64,000 bases of DNA from Candidatus Nezhaarchaeales archaeon (lineage in GTDB: Archaea; Thermoproteota; Methanomethylicia; Nezhaarchaeales; WYZ-LMO8): NCBI GenBank assembly GCA_038887515.1, contig JAWAKK010000001.1:541836-605835 (forward strand), in the 5' to 3' direction. Numbering within the stretch: position 1 is the first letter of the stretch; each line of letters starts with the position of its first letter. Both the position numbers and the translations under genes were made by a program. Below the pieces are notes generated by a model, which saw only the letters and a program-made list of their open reading frames with translations, was not told where the DNA came from and did not search any database. Shown piece by piece: positions 9,564 through 19,136 of the stretch.

Positions 9564-11123
9564 TTAAACGACAAATTGCTGTTCAAGTTTTTCCACGATG
9601 TTATTAGCTATTTTCTTAAATTCTTCGAGGTTAGCCGACAGCTCTTCTATGGCGGCAGTTTGCTCCTCTAGTGCTGCGCTAGTCTCTTCACTTGCGGCTG
9701 CACTTTCTTCAGCAGTTGCAGCCATCTTCTCCATGTCTTGACTTAGCTCCTCCACCTTCTTTAAGCCACTATCTATGTTAGCGGCTATGTCGCTTATCAT
9801 GTCTTCAACTTTTCTAGCTGCTACGACTATATTATTTACGTTCTTGAGCGCGTTTCCAATGACCTCCTTGCCCTCATTTATTGTCGAATGTACAAAGTCA
9901 AAAGCTGACGCTATCTTATTGACGACTTCTTGAATTCCTTCTATGACTTCTCCTATCTTCTCGGTGGACTTCTTAGTTTCATCAGCCAACTTTCTGACCT
10001 CATCCGCCACGACAGCAAACCCTCTGCCATGCTCGCCGGCGCGAGCAGCTTCAATGGCAGCATTTAGAGCTAGTAGGTGAGTTTGTTCAGCTATGTCCTT
10101 TATGGTTTCCGTGACCTTTCCTATGGCCTTTGCGGACCCTATAAGGCTCTTAACTAGATCGGTCATCTTGTTCACGGATTCAGCTATATTGCCTAAGAAG
10201 CTAAGAGCCTTACCAGACTCATCTGAGATCTTGTTGACGAGTCCTACAACGTCACGAGTATAGACAGATATATCCTTAGCCTTGGAGTCTATAATGTTAA
10301 AGAAACCTGCCAACTCCTTACCCTTCTTAGCCGACTCTGAAACTATTTTAGCAAGGCTCTCGCTTCCCTGAGCGACTTGCTGAGCAGCCGACGAAACCTG
10401 CTGCATGCCGGAATTTATTTGTGAAATCGCGTTGACAGAGTCTTCTACGAAGGTTAGTATTCTCTTAGCTTCCTCCTTTATGTTGGCTATAGTCCTCGAG
10501 AATAAATCCATCAGTATATTGAAGTTATCCATTATCTTGCCCATGTCATCGTCCTTCTCTTTAGATAGGCGGATCCTCAGATCTCCCTGCGAAGCTTTCC
10601 GTGTAGCTTCACTAACGCGTTCAGCATTCCTCGACAAGTAATCTAGAAGTTCCTTAAGCTGTCTCTCCCTCTCCTTTAGAGGGGTTATGTCAACTATTAC
10701 TTGGATTCCACCTATTATCCTTCCACTCTTGTCTCTAACTGGTACGGCAGAGGCGAGTGCAGGTATGGTTCTGCCATCTTTTAATATGACGGCAATTTCT
10801 TTATTAATTACTGGTGAACCTGTTTCAAGAGCTACATCGACTTGAGTTTTTTCAATAAACCCCCTCAGCTCGAGTCCGTCCAATAGAAGCTTACCCTTGA
10901 CCTCGTCAGGAGATTTAAGTCTAGTTCCAGCAAATAGTTCGCTTATGAATACCACCTTTCGATGTCTATCTACTAGGACGGCGTACGCTGGCATTTGTTT
11001 AAAAGCTAAATCCACGAGCTCGTAAAGTTCGTCAGGAGTCATGCCACAATAGAGTTTTTGACTACTAGCTTCTTTTCCACGCTCCCGATCGTTAACTTGA
11101 ATTAAATCACTCACGATATCCAA
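9564..11123 (-). CDS. Cytoplasmic methyl-accepting chemotaxis protein (PAS-HAMP-MCP signal)
   Basis: [37 protein letters not shown] hairpin tip; PAS/PAC (KDG...PVRDKSG.IIG...DIT); no TM segment. Confidence 0.95.
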   Translation of the reverse strand: MDIVSDLIQVNDRERGKEASSQKLYCGMTPDELYELVDLAFKQMPAYAVLVDRHRKVVFISELFAGTRLKSPDEVKGKLLLDGLELRGFIEKTQVDVALETGSPVINKEIAVILKDGRTIPALASAVPVRDKSGRIIGGIQVIVDITPLKERERQLKELLDYLSRNAERVSEATRKASQGDLRIRLSKEKDDDMGKIMDNFNILMDLFSRTIANIKEEAKRILTFVEDSVNAISQINSGMQQVSSAAQQVAQGSESLAKIVSESAKKGKELAGFFNIIDSKAKDISVYTRDVVGLVNKISDESGKALSFLGNIAESVNKMTDLVKSLIGSAKAIGKVTETIKDIAEQTHLLALNAAIEAARAGEHGRGFAVVADEVRKLADETKKSTEKIGEVIEGIQEVVNKIASAFDFVHSTINEGKEVIGNALKNVNNIVVAARKVEDMISDIAANIDSGLKKVEELSQDMEKMAATAEESAAASEETSAALEEQTAAIEELSANLEEFKKIANNIVEKLEQQFVV

Positions 11124-11183
11124 GCGTTACCACCTTAAGCTATTAAGGTAAAACTGAGAAGACAAGAGAAAATATCTAGTTAT

Positions 11184-12035
11184 TTAAGGCGACTGCTGAG
11201 ATTCAAGAGGCGTAACGGCCTTTTTTCTGTATATTTTGGCTATAGGGTCAACAAGCTTAAACAAGCCGTAGAAGTCATCGCTTAGACCCTCAGTAAGCCC
11301 TAGAACCAAGTAACCCCCCATAGAAATTGAGTTTGCCAAGGCCCTTATAATCTTCTTTTTAACATCGTCAGATAAATATATTAAAACATTCCTACAAAAG
11401 ACGACGTCAAACCCTTTAGGATACAGACAGGATCTTAAGTCGAGCTTTACAAACCTCACATGCTCTTTAATAAAGTTCTTGATCCTAAACTTTCCGCCTG
11501 CTAGAGGGTCGAAGTACTCGACAAGTATGTTTCTTGGTATATTCATGAGTTCTTTTTCGTCGTAGATGCCGTCCCTCGCCCTCGTAAGGGCATCATCGTC
11601 TAAGTCTATACCAGTTATCGAGTAAGTTACTTTAAACCCCCTACTCCTAGCTATATCCTCTATTGTTATTGCGATACTGTACGGCTCTTCTCCACAAGAG
11701 CAACCTGCACTTAAAGTCCTTAGTATCCCTTTAAGTCTTACCTTAGTTTCTATTAGAGGCTCAAACACGAGTCTCCGGAGCCTAGGCCATACTTGAGGGT
11801 CTCGGAAGAACGCAGAAACGTTAATCATCAGTGATTCGAGGAGCTCTTTAAGCTCATCAGGCTTCTCTTCCAGCATCCTAACATAAGAGAAAACATCACT
11901 GCATTGAGTTGCAAGCATTCGGGAGTGCAATCTCCTCTTTATGAAGCTATCCTTATATGTTGATACGTCTACGTTGAACCTCTTCTTTAACACTACTTTA
12001 AGGTAGTCTACTTCAGAAAATGCCCCAAGGTTCAT
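11184..12035 (-). CDS. cheR: Chemotaxis methyltransferase CheR
   Basis: INVSAFFRD, SAGCSCGEEPYSIA, FDVVFCRNVLIY motifs. Confidence 0.96.
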   Translation of the reverse strand: MNLGAFSEVDYLKVVLKKRFNVDVSTYKDSFIKRRLHSRMLATQCSDVFSYVRMLEEKPDELKELLESLMINVSAFFRDPQVWPRLRRLVFEPLIETKVRLKGILRTLSAGCSCGEEPYSIAITIEDIARSRGFKVTYSITGIDLDDDALTRARDGIYDEKELMNIPRNILVEYFDPLAGGKFRIKNFIKEHVRFVKLDLRSCLYPKGFDVVFCRNVLIYLSDDVKKKIIRALANSISMGGYLVLGLTEGLSDDFYGLFKLVDPIAKIYRKKAVTPLESQQSP

Positions 12036-13150
12036 AGATTGTGGCTCCTCGCGAACTCAAGTATTTTAAGGCCGATCATCTTTGGTGGGAGTATTGAATC
12101 AGCTAGCCCGGCTGATATAACTGACTGTGGCATTCCTTCTACGACGCAGGTCTCAGGATCTTGAGCTATGACGCGACCTCCGGCTCTCTTAACAGCCCTC
12201 GCCCCTTCGCAACCATCCTTTCCCATACCTGTTAATATCGCCACTATCATTAACCCGTCAAAGTTGCTAGTTAAGCTGATCAAAGTGACGTCAGCCGAGG
12301 GTCTTACGAAGTTTACTTTAGGACCTCTGTTAAGCCTTATCTTAAGTATTCCTGAGGGCGCCCTTTCAACTACCATGTGATGGCCCCCTGGCGCTACATA
12401 AGCACGGCCCCCCATTATCGTCTCCCCATCTTCTGCCTCCTTGACGTCGTAGAGGGACCTTGCGTTAAGTTTAGCAGCAAGCTTCCTAGTGAATAGTGGT
12501 GGCATGTGTTGGATTATTAGAATAGCAAGCGTAGGGTTTAAAGGCATATTTGCAAGGACCTCAATCAATGTAGAGGGGCCTCCCGTACTGGTGACTATAG
12601 TTGCAATTGTCTGAGGATACAACTTTGGCGACTTTTTCTTCGATAAAAGGAATTCTTGAGAGGGCTTCGGCTTTCCAAGCTTTCTAGCTATATTAATGTT
12701 TGCCGCGACCTTGACCTTACTTATAAGCTCTTGCTTAACGTCGCATATGTTTAAAGATATGGATCCTCCAGGCTTAGCCAATACGTCGACTGCGCCGTAT
12801 TCCAAAGCCGTTAGCGCCAGCTCGGGATCATCCTTCGTTAAGGCGCTGAATACGATTATCGGTGTTGGGCTAGCCTCCATGATCTCTTTTATAGCATCTA
12901 GCCCGTTCATAACTGGCATCTGGATATCCATTATGACGACGTTGGGTCTCAGCTTTGAAGTCAATTCAACGGCTTCTCTACCATTCTTTGCTTGAGCTAT
13001 GACTTCGATCTCCGGGTCTTCTTGAAGAATTTCTGACAACAGTCTACGCATTAGAGCTGAGTCATCAGTTACCAGTACCTTTATCTTCTTCGACGGACTC
13101 TCTAAGCTAGGAGATGCACTTCGCATTTCATACAACGGAATCCCCTTCAA
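12032..13150 (-). CDS. cheB: Chemotaxis response regulator methylesterase CheB
   Basis: Receiver domain (DDS, MDIQMP) plus esterase triad STGGP / QHMP / TGMGKDG. Confidence 0.96.
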   Translation of the reverse strand: MKGIPLYEMRSASPSLESPSKKIKVLVTDDSALMRRLLSEILQEDPEIEVIAQAKNGREAVELTSKLRPNVVIMDIQMPVMNGLDAIKEIMEASPTPIIVFSALTKDDPELALTALEYGAVDVLAKPGGSISLNICDVKQELISKVKVAANINIARKLGKPKPSQEFLLSKKKSPKLYPQTIATIVTSTGGPSTLIEVLANMPLNPTLAILIIQHMPPLFTRKLAAKLNARSLYDVKEAEDGETIMGGRAYVAPGGHHMVVERAPSGILKIRLNRGPKVNFVRPSADVTLISLTSNFDGLMIVAILTGMGKDGCEGARAVKRAGGRVIAQDPETCVVEGMPQSVISAGLADSILPPKMIGLKILEFARSHNL

Positions 13151-13677
13151 GCTTTAATGGACATAACCGTGCGGGGTTCAGTTTGATGTAAGGTACCTGA
13201 AGTAACTTTACTTAACAGGTTCCTTATGTCTAATAGCATTACGAGGTCCTCACCGGACTTTATGATGCTGTCAACGACCGGGTGTTCACCGGACATTACG
13301 TATGATGGGAGCGGAGCTATGCTGTCCTTATCGATTTGCATAACCCCTATCACTTGGTCTACGAGTAGGCCAAAACTTTCTTCATCAAGCTCTGCTATAA
13401 TTATCCTAGCTTGCTGGGGGTCCCTCGATTTATCATCTCTATTGTTCTCCGAAAAGTTCGTGGAGGAGGTATCTCCCTTCAGTAGCTTCTTTAGATTTAT
13501 AACTGGCAATATCTGTCCTCTTAAATTTATGACCCCCTCAAAGTATGGAGGGGCATTAGGGATCTTTGTATAGCTTTTGGCCTTGATTATCTCCCTAACG
13601 TTCTGAACCGAGATTCCGTACTGCTCGTTACCTAACTTAAATGTCACTACCCTAACTTCGCTCTTTCCTTTCATCAA
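13147..13677 (-). CDS. cheW: Chemotaxis adaptor CheW
   Basis: F.LG.E.YG...V.EII, GVINLRGQILPVI, GLLVDQV motifs. Confidence 0.95.
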   Translation of the reverse strand: MMKGKSEVRVVTFKLGNEQYGISVQNVREIIKAKSYTKIPNAPPYFEGVINLRGQILPVINLKKLLKGDTSSTNFSENNRDDKSRDPQQARIIIAELDEESFGLLVDQVIGVMQIDKDSIAPLPSYVMSGEHPVVDSIIKSGEDLVMLLDIRNLLSKVTSGTLHQTEPRTVMSIKA

Positions 13678-13774
13678 CGACCCCCCGCAGGGTCCCTTAA
13701 TTCATCGAAGGAGGCATGGGCTTTAAAAAGAGAGAGGAGAGGCGCCTACAGGACGTCTTAAGAATAAATGCGTT

Positions 13775-14257
13775 CTACTTCGTGTACTTAACGTATATGA
13801 TAGCATCTGAGACCACATACATAACTCTTCTACCGCAAACCCCTCCGACATCCTTTGCTACCACAGGTATTTCCATCTCTCTTAATAACTCTTCAACAAC
13901 TTCGATATTACGTCTACCGATGTCGATGCCCTTAAGACCTAAGCCAGGCACGTGGGCACCTCCTATCAATGCTGAGACCATATTCGCTTTGATGCCCCCC
14001 CCCCCCCCTTCTCTTCATCTCGTCGATTAGATATGGAATTGCTGTTGACGCGAACTTACATGCTCGACTTTCGAACGCTTCGTGCCCCCTCGACTTCTGT
14101 GTGGGGAGTAGTACGTGGACGAGACCCCCATTTTAAGCTTAAAGTCGTGGATTACTATTGCCACACAAGATCCTACGAGTGTTGATAGGACTTCTTGGCT
14201 CGTCGACGAAATGCAGCACTCTCCAACCCCTACATTAACTACTTTACCTTTCAACAA
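13775..14257 (-). pseudogene. cheD: Chemoreceptor glutamine deamidase CheD, frameshifted twice (G5 at 14125-14129, G14 at 13995-14008)
   Basis: Three frames rebuild VGVGE...LVGSCVAIVIHD...MG[G]LVHVLLP...KFASTAIPYLIDEMKRR[G]IKANMVSALIGGA...IGRRN...DVGGVCGR; probable TTG start at 14257. Confidence 0.88.
13995..14008 (-). repeat. Poly-G14 homopolymer (C14 on + strand) inside cheD
   Basis: gatg-C14-ttctc read directly; longest homopolymer noticed in the window. Confidence 0.95.
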
Positions 14258-14495
14258 TAGCGATGCCGAAGACCTTATTGTCAAGATTCTAAGCTGAGAA
14301 GAACGATCAAGCGCTGAGATCGCCTCCCTAGCTTCGATAATCGGTCTCGTAAGACCTAATTTCTTTAAATTCTCTAGACTCTTGAAGTTGAACTTCAACC
14401 TTCTTTGTAGTAATCTCTCCCTATTACCGGTACTATTTGGAGGACACCGTTCCTTCTTCATGCTTAAAACACCGAGAGGGTTTTAGTAGAAACGT

Positions 14496-16400
14496 TCACT
14501 GCAACGTGAAGGGATCAACTATGAAGCTTACGCTCCCGTCGCCAAGTATCGTTGCGCCAGATAGACCCTTAATTCCTCTTAGCATTCTAGGTAGCTGTTT
14601 TATAACTATCTCTTCTTCTCCTATAACCGAAGAGGCCAGGAGGGCTATCATTTGGCCAGATGACCTTCGTATGACCACAAGAGAGCAATTATCAGATCTT
14701 TGGTCTAAGATGTCCCCAGTGTTCAAAGCCATCGACATATCCAGTATAGGGACTACCTCCCCTCTATACAATATTACTTTCCTGCCGTTCACTGTCTTAA
14801 TCGCATTCTTTGGTACTCTGAGCACGGCCTCTATGTCAGGTATAGGTATAGCGTAAATTCTACTTCCAACAGTTGCAAGCATGGTTTTCATAGTTGCCAT
14901 GGATGTTGGCAAGCGAAGCGATACTGTAGTACCCTTTCCAACTTGCGACGTTATGCTTAGATGTCCGCCAAGGGCTTCAATCTTGTTTTTTACGGTATTC
15001 ATCCCCATACCTCTCCCCGACATTAATGTTGTTGAGCCTTTAGTTGAGAAGCCCGGAAGGCATATTAGCATTAAGGCCTCTTCGTCGCTAAGCTTACTTG
15101 CTACTTCTTGACTTATGAAGCCTTTCTCAACGGCTACGCGCTTAACGTACCCTGGGTCTATGCCTCTACCATCATCTTCAACTTGAATAACTATGTAGCT
15201 GGACTCTTTTTTGGCTGTTATCTTTATCGTGCCGATAGGCGGCTTACCCATAGCAGTCCTTTCTTCGCTTTTTTCTATACCGTGGTCGATGGCGTTCCTA
15301 ATCAAATGGATAAGTGGATCCACAATCTCTTCAAGTATCTTCTTGTCGACAGCTATCTCCCCACCTGTAATTATGAAGTCAACCTCTTTCCCAAGTTCTT
15401 TCGCTGTATCCCTTATGATCCTAGGGAACATGTTAAATATCTGCCTTAATGGAACTAACCTCATGTTCATCACTTCATTTTGCATGTCGGATATAAGTCT
15501 CTCAAGTGTCGAGATCAGTTCCTTCAATTCGTCGTTGTCCATTTTACTTATGATATTGTTTAACCTCGACTTAATGAGGACTATTTCGCCTATTAGGTTG
15601 AAGAGCGCATCGAGATTCTTTATATTGACCTTTACTTCTTCGAGCTTCCTCTCTTCCCCCGCTCTTGATAGAGTTATGGTAGCTACCGTCGACTGGGCTT
15701 GGCTTTCTTCAACGAAAGAGACGAGCTCGTCTATTTGCGACGTTCTTTCTAAGAGACTTATTGAACCCAATAAAGAGACATCCGTTTTTGGCGTGGTATT
15801 TGATATAGCTAGCTCGACCTTAACTACATCAGGTATTTGTTTTATAGACTCCTCGAGTTTGTGCACATCTTTAGTTAATACCTCAGCTTCGACCAGGTTG
15901 CCATATTCGCCTCGCGCCAGAGCATCGCTTGGAGGCTGAGTTCTTACTACGTCTCCGCACTCCGCCAAGGTCCTTAATAGCATGAATGCTCTGAGAGGCT
16001 TTAGGGGCTCCATAGTTTCCAGGAATACCTTTAGATTAACGTCCTTCAGATCGCTCTCGATGTTTATAGGCTTCTCGTCAATTTTATTTGTAATTCCCTC
16101 TAGTAGAGTGTTGATTTTATCTAAGCATTTGAAGAGCGTATCGATAACGTCGCTCGTCGCTCTCCTTCTACCATCTCGGACTTCAATTAATAGGTTTTCA
16201 GCCTCATGAGCTATCTCAGATATTTCATTCAAACCCATCATTCCAGCGGAGCCTTTAATGGAGTGCATTAGTCGAAGAGCCTCCACTATCGCGTTCACGT
16301 CGCCCGGTTTCTTCTCTATGTGCACGAGAAGGTTGTTGAGGGCCTGAATGTTCTCTTTAGCCTCGCTTATAAAGAGGTCCCTATACTTTAGTACATCCAT
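14496..16400 (-). CDS. cheA: Chemotaxis histidine kinase CheA (P1-P5, no receiver domain)
   Basis: HSIKGSA (HPt), P2 domain, HLIRNAIDHGIE, DDGRGID, LPGFST, SGRGMGM, C-terminal CheW-like P5. Confidence 0.97.
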   Translation of the reverse strand: MDVLKYRDLFISEAKENIQALNNLLVHIEKKPGDVNAIVEALRLMHSIKGSAGMMGLNEISEIAHEAENLLIEVRDGRRRATSDVIDTLFKCLDKINTLLEGITNKIDEKPINIESDLKDVNLKVFLETMEPLKPLRAFMLLRTLAECGDVVRTQPPSDALARGEYGNLVEAEVLTKDVHKLEESIKQIPDVVKVELAISNTTPKTDVSLLGSISLLERTSQIDELVSFVEESQAQSTVATITLSRAGEERKLEEVKVNIKNLDALFNLIGEIVLIKSRLNNIISKMDNDELKELISTLERLISDMQNEVMNMRLVPLRQIFNMFPRIIRDTAKELGKEVDFIITGGEIAVDKKILEEIVDPLIHLIRNAIDHGIEKSEERTAMGKPPIGTIKITAKKESSYIVIQVEDDGRGIDPGYVKRVAVEKGFISQEVASKLSDEEALMLICLPGFSTKGSTTLMSGRGMGMNTVKNKIEALGGHLSITSQVGKGTTVSLRLPTSMATMKTMLATVGSRIYAIPIPDIEAVLRVPKNAIKTVNGRKVILYRGEVVPILDMSMALNTGDILDQRSDNCSLVVIRRSSGQMIALLASSVIGEEEIVIKQLPRMLRGIKGLSGATILGDGSVSFIVDPFTLQ

Positions 16401-16410
16401 AATACCACCC

Positions 16411-17205
16411 TCAGTCCACAGGAGGTATCGCTGGCTGGCTTTGGGGGGTCGTTAGCGACAATACGTGCTTTGCTATCTTAAGCATCTTCGAAGAATAGGG
16501 ATGTTGAGGGTGATACAAACAAAAAACCCCCTTGCTTCTATGAGATAAGACCTCATCGTAGAACGGAAGAATACCTATCACTGGGGCATCTATTATTTTA
16601 GATACTTCGTTCGCTAATTCAGGGGCGTTAGCCAAATTTGGCGGAACCATATTGAGGATAACATAGCAGACCTTACCGAACTTCCTCATTACCTGCATAG
16701 TCACGTAGGTTCCAACGATGTCTTGCTTGTCCATTCTCATAAGAAGTAGCGATAGGTCGCTTGAAAGTACGGCTAACAAAGTGTCTTCATTTAGTCCCGG
16801 ATGCGTATCGAAGATCACGTAGTCAACGTCGAACTCTCTACCAAGGGCTAGCGCTATATGCTTGAAGAAGCTTTCGTGATAGCCGTCCTTCATGATTCTA
16901 ACTATGTCTTCCGGCTTCATGCTCGATCCTAAAAAATAAAGTTTACCCCTAGGCAACCTGAGGTGGTTGGTTAAATCGAGTACGACATCCTTTAATTGCG
17001 CTTTGCCGTAGAGGTAGTCGTTAAGAGTGTTCTTTAGTATCTGTTGGGAGACTGCGTATATGACGTGTAGGCCGGGTGAAGTTATGTCTAAGTCTATGGT
17101 AGCAACCTTCTTACCTAAAGCTGCAAGTAACACTGACAAGTTTGCGGTCGTCGTGCTCTTTCCAGTTCCACCGCGGTAAGAATGAATCGCTATTGAAACT
17201 ACCAA
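16411..17205 (-). CDS. minD: MinD/ParA-family ATPase
   Basis: Deviant Walker A HSYRGGTGKS, DLD, FDTHPG; 10 bp upstream of cheA. Confidence 0.88.
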   Translation of the reverse strand: MVVSIAIHSYRGGTGKSTTTANLSVLLAALGKKVATIDLDITSPGLHVIYAVSQQILKNTLNDYLYGKAQLKDVVLDLTNHLRLPRGKLYFLGSSMKPEDIVRIMKDGYHESFFKHIALALGREFDVDYVIFDTHPGLNEDTLLAVLSSDLSLLLMRMDKQDIVGTYVTMQVMRKFGKVCYVILNMVPPNLANAPELANEVSKIIDAPVIGILPFYDEVLSHRSKGVFCLYHPQHPYSSKMLKIAKHVLSLTTPQSQPAIPPVD

Positions 17206-17411
17206 GGTTTGACGACACCTCGCTCACTTAACGCCTTCTCTATCTTTTTTAGCCGCTCTTCGAGTTGTTCAAGCCTACATACTATGTCCTCAAGTTTCTT
17301 CTCGAATCCTTGGATTGCGTCATCGACCCTATTAACATCGGTCTGCATTTCAAGTAGAGCTGACCGTAATCTACTTCTAAGGTTCCCGGGCGTCGTTTTG
17401 CCTGAATCCAT
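17199..17411 (-). CDS. Small coiled-coil protein overlapping the minD start
   Basis: Heptad pattern (LEDIVCRLEQLEERLKKIEKAL); overlaps the next gene by 7 bp. Confidence 0.6.
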   Translation of the reverse strand: MDSGKTTPGNLRSRLRSALLEMQTDVNRVDDAIQGFEKKLEDIVCRLEQLEERLKKIEKALSERGVVKPW

Positions 17412-17622
17412 GCAAAGCCCCGATTAACATGCAATCGCTATGATGCTTAACTCTAAGCCTAGAAAGCGACCCCTAGACCCAATTAATGCCTTAACTTCTA
17501 GGCGCTAAATACTGTTGAAAGCAACATTAAGATAACTGGGGTAGAAACCTTGAAACCTAATGTCGGTCATAAGTCGCCCGATTAACGATGTAATATAGCT
17601 TAGGCAACCAAGTTATGTTCGA

Positions 17623-18426
17623 GTGGTAATGTTGGGAAGGGACCACAACTACAAGGTCGGTAGCTTTAAAAATTATCAGTCGCCCGACTTCCCCCTATTT
17701 AAGGTCGACGGCGAGAAATGCTTCGTCAAGTTTAAATGTAGGCTTCAATCCGATGCTAAGGCTATAAATGACTTCATTAACGCAATGATAAATGGTAGCC
17801 CGGAAGGGCAGCTTTTAGTAGCATATGAAGGCAATGAAGTTCAATTATACGGTATTATTGTATTAAAAGAAGAAGTGAAGAATGTCGAAGAACTACTTCA
17901 AAAGTGCAACTTCAATGATACCGGCATAGTAGTAGAATGTATAAGTAGTGCCGCATACCTCGGCGACGACTTTCCGTTGACTGTTGATGGTCATAGGGTA
18001 GTGGTTTTCTTAAGGGAGTTTGTTCAAGAACTCACAGACCACTTCGTAAATTATTTAGGCTCCGGAGGGGCTGCTCTATTATGGCACTTAGGAAAGAAGT
18101 GGGGAGAGCGCATGGTAGCCAAAGCGTATCAAAAAATAACGATCCCTTCAGTGGAAGAGCGCTTAAGAATCCTCTTCGATACATTGAGAGCAATGGGGTG
18201 GGGGACTTTTAACCTCAAGGATATTGAAACCATAAGCCGTAAGGGTACTATTGTAGTTGAAAATTCGTGCGAACAAAAAGGTAACGGTTGTCACCTAATG
18301 AGGGGGTTGTTAGCTGGAATACTCTCAGAAGTATTTGGAGAGAATGTTAATGTGAGGGAAGTGAGCCACAACAATCACGGTAAATGCAACTTTGTTTTTT
18401 TTTATGGTAGCGATAGCGTACGGTAA
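17623..18426 (+). CDS. V4R-domain protein with N-terminal ACT-like region
   Basis: LWHLGKKWG...MGWG...ENSCE...CHLMRGLLAGILS...VREV...CNF V4R pattern. Confidence 0.8.
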   Translation: MVMLGRDHNYKVGSFKNYQSPDFPLFKVDGEKCFVKFKCRLQSDAKAINDFINAMINGSPEGQLLVAYEGNEVQLYGIIVLKEEVKNVEELLQKCNFNDTGIVVECISSAAYLGDDFPLTVDGHRVVVFLREFVQELTDHFVNYLGSGGAALLWHLGKKWGERMVAKAYQKITIPSVEERLRILFDTLRAMGWGTFNLKDIETISRKGTIVVENSCEQKGNGCHLMRGLLAGILSEVFGENVNVREVSHNNHGKCNFVFFYGSDSVR

Positions 18427-18542
18427 AAACACTAGGATAATGCCGCAGCAGTACAGAAAGATGCTTGAAATTGGCTGAGAGCGATGCACATATTTGTTAG
18501 TAATTTTCCTCTAAAAATATTGTTTAAAAAATGTGAAGAACG

Positions 18543-19127
18543 TTGATCATCATTAAGAAACAACTAATAGGCAGCTCCGGGATAGTTCATGAAGTCGATG
18601 TAGTTGAGATTAACGGTAAGGAATACATCTTTGCAGATCTAAATGAAAGATTTGAAAGTATTCTATCGAAGCTCCTCATAGCAATTGATGCTAGGAAACC
18701 TATCTATTTACTGACCGATAAACCTATACCGCTAGAATTAAGGAGTCTCTTGCACAACGTTGAAGTCAAAATAGGTGCCAGAGGAAAAGTAAAGGCAGTA
18801 CGAGAAGTACTAGCCGAGATAAGTAGCAAAGTGGCGACAGCAAAGTGGTATTTGAAGGCTAAGGGGTTGCAAAAGGATCTTACCCGAAGGGCTATGCTTT
18901 TACTCTCTGATTTTTACGAGGCTCAATTAATGGATGAAGAGATTGTGGAGGTTTTATCAAGTCTACTAGAGGATGTGCCCGAAATGCCGAACGCTCAGTT
19001 CCTATGTGAACTCATAAGAAGGTATGGGTGCCCTAGGTGTGGGAGCAGGAACATAGAGCTTAAGGGTATGCCGGCTATGGAACCCTATAAATGCAGATGT
19101 TTAAATTGTGGTTTTACGGTCGAGTAA
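18543..19127 (+). CDS. Hypothetical protein with GxSGxxH N-terminal motif and C-terminal Zn ribbon
   Basis: GSSGIVHEVD; CPRCGS...CLNCG. Confidence 0.65.
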   Translation: MIIIKKQLIGSSGIVHEVDVVEINGKEYIFADLNERFESILSKLLIAIDARKPIYLLTDKPIPLELRSLLHNVEVKIGARGKVKAVREVLAEISSKVATAKWYLKAKGLQKDLTRRAMLLLSDFYEAQLMDEEIVEVLSSLLEDVPEMPNAQFLCELIRRYGCPRCGSRNIELKGMPAMEPYKCRCLNCGFTVE

Positions 19128-19136
19128 CTTAAATGC

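Noticed and set aside
13716-14030. Plus-strand ORF with a poly-Pro end
   Set aside because: Antisense to cheD; the poly-Pro is just the C14 run.
14258-14461. Apparent 68-aa N-terminal extension of CheD, or a remnant of cheY
   Set aside because: No receiver-domain motifs (acidic pair, phospho-Asp, KP) recognisable; more likely an open-by-chance intergenic stretch.
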